Assembly: GCA_963665815.1 (NCBI GenBank)
Contig: OY762463.1
Location: 2,784,001 to 2,848,000, forward strand
Direction of reading: 5' to 3'
DNA length: 64,000 nucleotides
Origin: Candidatus Cloacimonadales bacterium
Lineage (GTDB): Bacteria > Cloacimonadota > Cloacimonadia > Cloacimonadales > JAIOQZ01
Of this stretch, positions 58,162-64,000 are shown piece by piece; position 1 is the stretch's first letter; every line of letters starts with the position of its first letter. Below the pieces are notes generated by a model. That model did no database searches and was not told the origin of the DNA. It saw only the letters and a program-made list of their open reading frames with translations. The translations under genes were made by a program, and so were the position numbers.

Positions 58162-59214
58162 CTATATCAGTTTTTCGTTTGTTTCTTTGAGTGTGTTTAC
58201 TACAGTTTTAACTTCTTCAGATCTTTCTACATTGGAGACAAGTATTGCATCCGGTGTCTCAACAATAACAAGGTTTTCAACTCCTATCAAGGCTACGTGT
58301 TTATCTGACTTAACATAATTGCTTTTACTGTCAATTACAGTTGCATCGCATTTTAAAACATTATCTTTGCCATCTTTATCTGAGATCTCATAAAGAGCTT
58401 TCCATCCCCCGACATCACTCCAGTCATAATCTACAGGGATTACTACTCTGTTGTCAACTTGTTCCATAATGCCGATATCAATAGGTATCTTGGGCATAGA
58501 ATCATAAAATGATGAAATGTCTGCTGAGTATCCTTCTTTATCCCATTTATTCTGGATATTCTCAAGAAGCTCGGAAACTTTAGGCAGGCAGTTTTTAAAA
58601 GAATTCAGGATTGTGGAAATTTTCCAGACGAACATACCACTGTTCCAGAAGTAATTACCTTGATTCAGGAATGCCTCGGCAGTTTCAAGATCAGGTTTTT
58701 CCTTAAACTGTGATACATTCATTGCATGTTCGTTCAACTTATCTGAAGCTTCAATATATCCATATCCAGTTGCCGGGTATGTCGGCATAATACCGAATGT
58801 AACATGACTTTCATTTTTCGTGAATTCAGATGCATAACTTAGGTATCTGTTGAACTCATCTACTTGAGTTATCACATGATCGGCAGGAAGCACAAACATC
58901 TCTTCATCTGCATCACAGAAGTTTTTGAGGTATTGCGCAGAAAGTGCAATGCAGGGAGCAGTGTTTCTGCCAAAAGGTTCAATAATAATGTTCCTGGCAG
59001 GCATATCAGGAAGGTGCTCCTGTACAATAGGTGCCTGATCTGCTGAAGTAACTACATATATTTTTTCGATAGGGATCTTTTCCAGAAGACGATCTGCAGT
59101 CATCTGAATCATACTTCTATCGGATATTATGTTAAGGTATTGTTTTGGGTGAGATCTTCTGCTTAACGGCCAGAACCTGGTTCCGGAACCTCCAGCCATA
59201 ATTAGTGCTATCAT
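58162..59214 (-). CDS. manC: mannose-1-phosphate guanylyltransferase
   Basis: MAGGSGTRFWPLSR..PKQ, EPFGRNTAP, PADH, TGYGYI, FKEKPD, WSDVGGW. Confidence 0.93.
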   Translation of the reverse strand: MIALIMAGGSGTRFWPLSRRSHPKQYLNIISDRSMIQMTADRLLEKIPIEKIYVVTSADQAPIVQEHLPDMPARNIIIEPFGRNTAPCIALSAQYLKNFCDADEEMFVLPADHVITQVDEFNRYLSYASEFTKNESHVTFGIMPTYPATGYGYIEASDKLNEHAMNVSQFKEKPDLETAEAFLNQGNYFWNSGMFVWKISTILNSFKNCLPKVSELLENIQNKWDKEGYSADISSFYDSMPKIPIDIGIMEQVDNRVVIPVDYDWSDVGGWKALYEISDKDGKDNVLKCDATVIDSKSNYVKSDKHVALIGVENLVIVETPDAILVSNVERSEEVKTVVNTLKETNEKLI

Positions 59215-59226
59215 TATGTCTCCTCT

Positions 59227-59832
59227 TTATTGTTGAATCTCAGGTTTATTGAAATGAAAATCCTTATCTGAGATCTTTATATTAGTTTTTATGTTTTCAA
59301 ATTTGTAGGTTACAAAGTTATTCTCTGTGTCTTTATATGTGATCTCGTCGATCAGATAAGATTTTTTGTTAATTTTTGCTGTAATCAGAACAATACTGTC
59401 ATTAACAGGCTTAAGCTCAATAGTATATTGATTGTCATTGGCCTCTTTAAGCTCCTTTGAGCTATTACCTGAATAGTGTTGTACTACAGAGTACGGTCTG
59501 AATGTTTCCAGTTCAGTATCAATTTCTTTTTCGATATATTGCTGAGCTGAAGGAATATAGATGAATATTGAATCTGATGTTACAAATAGTATTTCTCCTT
59601 CCGGATCGGAATAATTAAGCAGGAGTTTATCGTCGTTGTATGTCATTACTCCGCCTGAAGTTTTTTCAATATCTATTTCTTCCCAGTAGTTCTCCTGAGT
59701 AAAATCGGATCTGAATGTTTTTACTGAATTATATCTATTACCTACTTTATCTAATATTTCATTTACATCTTCTGCCATAAGGAAACTCATAGTCAGAAGC
59801 AGAATAAGAGTAAAAATTCTTTTACCAGCCAT
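59227..59832 (-). CDS. lolA: outer-membrane lipoprotein carrier LolA
   Basis: Signal peptide; TF.SDFTQ..G......LL.Y..P..; follows ftsK (conserved synteny); ATG 59832. Confidence 0.75.
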   Translation of the reverse strand: MAGKRIFTLILLLTMSFLMAEDVNEILDKVGNRYNSVKTFRSDFTQENYWEEIDIEKTSGGVMTYNDDKLLLNYSDPEGEILFVTSDSIFIYIPSAQQYIEKEIDTELETFRPYSVVQHYSGNSSKELKEANDNQYTIELKPVNDSIVLITAKINKKSYLIDEITYKDTENNFVTYKFENIKTNIKISDKDFHFNKPEIQQ

Positions 59833-62164
59833 ACTTATCAAGATCCTCCTCTGTTGCCAGTACTTCACGGGATTTACTTCCTACATGCGGACCTACTACA
59901 CCGGCCTGTTCCAGTAGATCAATGAGCCTGCCTGCTCTGGCATAGCCTACTTTGAAATGTCTCTGCAACATGGATACTGACGCAGATCCGGCAGAAACAA
60001 TTGCTCTGGCTGCCTGCGGAAACAACTCATCATCATAATCAAAGTCACCAAGATCTTTCTGTTCTTCCTGTATAATCTCAATCTGATAATCAGGATGAGG
60101 TTGTTGTTTCAGGTATTCCACAACATTTTCAATCTCATCATCTGACATATATGCACCGTGAATACGCTGAGGAGTTGCTTTACCCGGTGGAAGGAACAGC
60201 ATATCACCACGACCCAGCAGGCGTTCAGCACCGTTTTCATCCAGAATAACTCGTGAGTCCACTTTTGATGAAACTTGAAAAGCGATTCTGGCAGGGAAGT
60301 TTGCTTTTATAATACCGGTGATAACCTTACTGGAAGGTCTCTGAGTAGCCAGCAGCAAATGAATACCGATAGCACGTGCCATCTGAGCCAGTCTGGCAAT
60401 AGGCATTTCTATCTCTTTTCCGGCAGTCATGATAAGGTCTGCAAACTCATCCACAACAATTACTATATATGGAAGATGATGATCATCTACAGGGATATAT
60501 TCAGGATCATCTCCATGTTCTTCTTCTTCTGTTTTCTTTATAGCTTTTATCTTTTTGTTATATGTATTTATATCTCTAACTTTGTACTTCTGGAGAAGCT
60601 GATAACGTCGTTCCATTTCAGCAACAGCCCAGTTAAGTGCAATGAGAGCGTCATCCGGGTCGGTTACAACATTCTGAATCAAATGAGGTATTCCTTCATA
60701 ACCAGACAGCTCGATTCTCTTAGGATCGATCATCACAAGACGTACATCTTCCGGTTTGGTTCTCAGCAGAAGGGAGTTGATGATTGTGTTAATACATACA
60801 CTTTTTCCGGCTCCAGTTGCTCCTGCAATTAGAAGGTGAGGCATTTTTGCCAGATTAGCAACAACAGGATTTCCTGATATATCTTTTCCCAGTCCGATTG
60901 ACAGTGTTTTATTATCCTTTTCCATTGCTTTGGAAAGAAGGATGTCTTTCAGGTAAATAATGTCTTTGTCTTTATTTGGAACTTCAATTCCTATTAATCC
61001 TCTACCCGGAATAGGTGCCTGAATTCTTATATTCTTTGCTTTTATTGCCAGAGCCAGATCATCTGCAAGTGATGAGAATCTGCTTACTTTTACACCAGGG
61101 GCCGGTTTTACTTCATACTGAGTAATAATCGGTCCGATGTTTACATTTATTACATGAGCTTCCACTCCAAATTCCATCAGCTTTTCTTTTAGAGTATTAC
61201 TTGTCTGAGCTATTTCATCCTTGAGCTGCTGCCTGTTCATTGTGGTTATGGAGGGCTGGCTTTCCAGGAATGTCTCTATATCGGGAATCTCATATTCTTC
61301 GGAATTACCTTTTTTCATAACGGGTTTAGAAGCAACTTTCCTGACTTTCTTCTCTTCAGTCTGCACCGGTTCTGAATGATCCGTAATAATTGGGTCAATC
61401 TGCTCGGGTAATGCATCATATTCCGGTTCAATTTCTGTTTGATCTTCAATAAGGTAAGTATCAATAATCTCATCATCGGGCTGAATATCTTTTTCTTTCT
61501 TATTCTTCTCAGGTTTCTTCTTCTCTTTTTTATTCGATTCTGAAGCTGAGCGGAATAAAGTCATTAATCCCTGTCCAATAGATGCAAAAACCATTTTGAT
61601 AAAATCTATTACTGCTTTTGCACCGAAAATAACCATTGTCATCAGGAAACTGAGGACACCGGCTATAATGTTTGATCCAATAGTTTTGAATATCTTCAAG
61701 TTGAATGATAGAAACAATCCGGTAATCTTTGCATTATACAAGATATTATATCCATCAACTGTCAAAAGGATATGGTTTACAAAGCACGATAGAAGCAGTG
61801 CTGCCCATATTTTGGGGGCAATACCGGAATCTCTGAAAAACATGTGCACAAGACTCAGAGAAGCGAGACACAATAAAATTGCAATTGCCAGCGGTTTACC
61901 AACGAGAAAAGAAAAAAACGTTGCTGTTACTACTCCGTAAGGTCCTATTGGGTTGATCAGATCCGGAAATCGTAATGTGATTACATCCCAGATTGACACT
62001 CCTGAGTCGCTGAGTAGTTCATAATCTGCTGCAATAGATTCACCTGATGGCATCAATGCCACAAATGAGAGCAGCGAGAACAATAACAGTATAATATTCC
62101 ATACATAATAGGAGAAACCGATTTCTCCTTTCTTTTTCGTTTTACCCTTTTTTCTGGCAGCCAT
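59822..62164 (-). CDS. ftsK: DNA translocase FtsK
   Basis: 4TM N-terminus, PHLLIAGATGAGKSV, DEFADL, ATQRPS, gamma domain LQRHFKVGYARAGR. Confidence 0.96.
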   Translation of the reverse strand: MAARKKGKTKKKGEIGFSYYVWNIILLLFSLLSFVALMPSGESIAADYELLSDSGVSIWDVITLRFPDLINPIGPYGVVTATFFSFLVGKPLAIAILLCLASLSLVHMFFRDSGIAPKIWAALLLSCFVNHILLTVDGYNILYNAKITGLFLSFNLKIFKTIGSNIIAGVLSFLMTMVIFGAKAVIDFIKMVFASIGQGLMTLFRSASESNKKEKKKPEKNKKEKDIQPDDEIIDTYLIEDQTEIEPEYDALPEQIDPIITDHSEPVQTEEKKVRKVASKPVMKKGNSEEYEIPDIETFLESQPSITTMNRQQLKDEIAQTSNTLKEKLMEFGVEAHVINVNIGPIITQYEVKPAPGVKVSRFSSLADDLALAIKAKNIRIQAPIPGRGLIGIEVPNKDKDIIYLKDILLSKAMEKDNKTLSIGLGKDISGNPVVANLAKMPHLLIAGATGAGKSVCINTIINSLLLRTKPEDVRLVMIDPKRIELSGYEGIPHLIQNVVTDPDDALIALNWAVAEMERRYQLLQKYKVRDINTYNKKIKAIKKTEEEEHGDDPEYIPVDDHHLPYIVIVVDEFADLIMTAGKEIEMPIARLAQMARAIGIHLLLATQRPSSKVITGIIKANFPARIAFQVSSKVDSRVILDENGAERLLGRGDMLFLPPGKATPQRIHGAYMSDDEIENVVEYLKQQPHPDYQIEIIQEEQKDLGDFDYDDELFPQAARAIVSAGSASVSMLQRHFKVGYARAGRLIDLLEQAGVVGPHVGSKSREVLATEEDLDKYGW

Positions 62165-62177
62165 ATTTTATACCCGT

Positions 62178-63257
62178 TTATACGTTAAATCTAATGGATA
62201 GAATATCTCCATCCTTCACAATATATTCTTTACCTTCAAGCTGAAATAAACCCTTTTCCTTAAGAACTTTCTCTGAGCCATGCTCTACGAGATTACCATA
62301 ATTGAAACATTCCGCTCTGATGAATCCTCTGGCAAGATCCGAGTGGATTTTTCCGGCTGCTTCCACAGCGTTGTCACCATTAGTGATTGTCCAGGCTCTC
62401 ACCTCATCACTACCGACAGTGAAGAAACTGATGTATCCGAGAAGTGAGTAGGACTCTGCTGTGAGACGGTTTCTGGCAGATTCGGTAATGCCCATATCTT
62501 CCATAAACATTTCAGCATCCTCATCTGAGAGAGAATTAAGGTCCATCTCGAATTTACCGCAGAATTCAATTACTTTGTCAATCTCTGCGAGTTCAGCCAT
62601 CACTTCTGCGTTATCTCCAAAGTTGTTTTCATCGGAGTTAAGAATAAGCAGAATCGGTTTGTCAGTCAGGAACTGAAAACCACGAATAATCTTCTGTTCT
62701 TCATCGGTTAAATCGGCTTTAAGAACAGGAATATTCTCGTTAAGCTTTTCAATAATTCTCTTAAGGATTTTCTCTTCAACCTGAACAGCAGCTGTTTTAA
62801 TTCCTCGTTTATAGCCGAGTTCGATCTTTTCCAGACGTTTTTCCGCAATAATCAAATCAGACAGAATCAGTTCCGAGATCAGATTTTCTGCATCTTTTAC
62901 AGGTGATGGTTCTCCAAGAGTACTACTGATAACTTCATCGTTGAAGTTTCTGAGTACAATCCCCAGAGCATCAGTACGTTTAATCTCAGACATTGCATTA
63001 CCGGAAAAAGCCCCACTGCTGGCAGCGTCTTCACTGAGTCCAACAAAATCAATATACTCAATCTGAGCGAAGATTGTTTTCTTGGGATTATACATGTCTG
63101 TGAGCACGTTTATTCTTTCATCTATAACATCTATAACAGCTATATTAGGTTCTGCTTTCATTGATGGATAAGGGTTTGTTTCTGCCTCTGAGTTTGTTAG
63201 AGCATTAAAAATTGTTGTTTTTCCCGAATTCTGTAATCCAATTAGTCCAAATCTCAT
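62178..63257 (-). CDS. ychF: ribosome-binding ATPase YchF
   Basis: GLQNSGKTT, EVRAW, AAGKIHSDLARGFIRAE, EGKEYIVKDGD..RFNV. Confidence 0.93.
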   Translation of the reverse strand: MRFGLIGLQNSGKTTIFNALTNSEAETNPYPSMKAEPNIAVIDVIDERINVLTDMYNPKKTIFAQIEYIDFVGLSEDAASSGAFSGNAMSEIKRTDALGIVLRNFNDEVISSTLGEPSPVKDAENLISELILSDLIIAEKRLEKIELGYKRGIKTAAVQVEEKILKRIIEKLNENIPVLKADLTDEEQKIIRGFQFLTDKPILLILNSDENNFGDNAEVMAELAEIDKVIEFCGKFEMDLNSLSDEDAEMFMEDMGITESARNRLTAESYSLLGYISFFTVGSDEVRAWTITNGDNAVEAAGKIHSDLARGFIRAECFNYGNLVEHGSEKVLKEKGLFQLEGKEYIVKDGDILSIRFNV

Positions 63258-63295
63258 ATTATCCTCTTATTACTGCACAGCAGTTGTATTATATC

Positions 63296-64000
63296 TTATT
63301 TCTTTTTTTTAGTTTCCGGTTTGTTTCCTGATCTGAAACTTCTTTTGAGATCCAGAATCTCATTCGGCTTCAGTATGCGCCACATACCAACAGGGAGTTT
63401 ACCCAGTTTCAGGTTACCAACCTGTAGTCTTTTCAGTTCTGTAACACTGAATCCAATATGCTTGATCATTCTCCTGATCTGACGTTTTTTCCCTTCATAC
63501 AGAACAATTCTCAAAACTGATGAGTTTGTACTTTTGCTTTTCAGGAAAACTTTACATTCTTTAGTCATTACGCCATCTATCTTGACACCGTTCCTTAAAG
63601 TTTCAATCTGCTCTTTGTTTATACTACCACTTATTGTAACCTTATATGTTTTAGGCAGTTTATACTTAGGCTGCATTACTTTATTGGAAAAATTTCCGTC
63701 ATTAGTCAGAAGGAGCAGTCCCTCCGATTGTAAATCCAGTCTTCCGATATAAAATAATCTGTTCTTGAACTCAGGAATCAGGTCGTATATGGTTTTTCTG
63801 TCATACTCATCGTTGGATGTAACCAGATAACCCTTTGGTTTATTCAGCATGATATAGATTTTATCTTCAATCAGGTTCAATTCTTTGTTTTCATAAAAAA
63901 CAGTGTCGTTATCAGGATCAATATCAGTAGAAAGGTCTTTGCAGATTTTCCCGTTGACCCTGATTTTGCCTTGTGTAATCAGCTCTTCCACCTGACGTCT
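63296..64000 (-). CDS. RsuA/RluB-family pseudouridine synthase, 5' end outside the window
   Basis: S4 fragment RRQVEELITQGKIRVNG at the window edge; NKPKG, GRLD, EGKKRQIRRM. Confidence 0.92.
   Translation of the reverse strand, partial: RRQVEELITQGKIRVNGKICKDLSTDIDPDNDTVFYENKELNLIEDKIYIMLNKPKGYLVTSNDEYDRKTIYDLIPEFKNRLFYIGRLDLQSEGLLLLTNDGNFSNKVMQPKYKLPKTYKVTISGSINKEQIETLRNGVKIDGVMTKECKVFLKSKSTNSSVLRIVLYEGKKRQIRRMIKHIGFSVTELKRLQVGNLKLGKLPVGMWRILKPNEILDLKRSFRSGNKPETKKKK

Overview
64 kb of AT-rich chromosome from an anaerobic diderm bacterium. The FlgD-Ig/T9SS-like C-terminal sorting domains, DUF4900-like protein, tungsten-type AOR and lolA suggest the FCB group, possibly Ca. Cloacimonadota (inference). 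Gene content is mostly housekeeping and accessory: a truncated pilin-like DUF4900 gene missing from the ORF track, malY-mscS-TSUP, three beta-propeller lipoproteins plus a gene remnant, AOR with ferredoxin, two sigma54 activators, a surface polysaccharide cluster, an ErcA/ErcS-like pair, TAXI-TRAP, pstSCAB-phoU facing phoB-phoR-sigma, pepT, and an rsuA-like/ychF/ftsK/lolA/manC operon. I saw no rRNA, tRNA, CRISPR array, transposase, integrase or reverse transcriptase. The most notable unexplained signals are four: (1) a ~390-bp, densely nested hairpin element between convergent genes at 53.97-54.36 kb; (2) an apparently split cysteine-protease zymogen, with a staphopain-prodomain-like protein encoded separately from a secreted papain-like protease; (3) two readable sigma54 promoter/enhancer modules, one with a 49-bp duplication that adds an enhancer site; (4) a short sigma factor translationally coupled to phoBR. 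All protein calls come from motif recognition by eye; no database searches were run.
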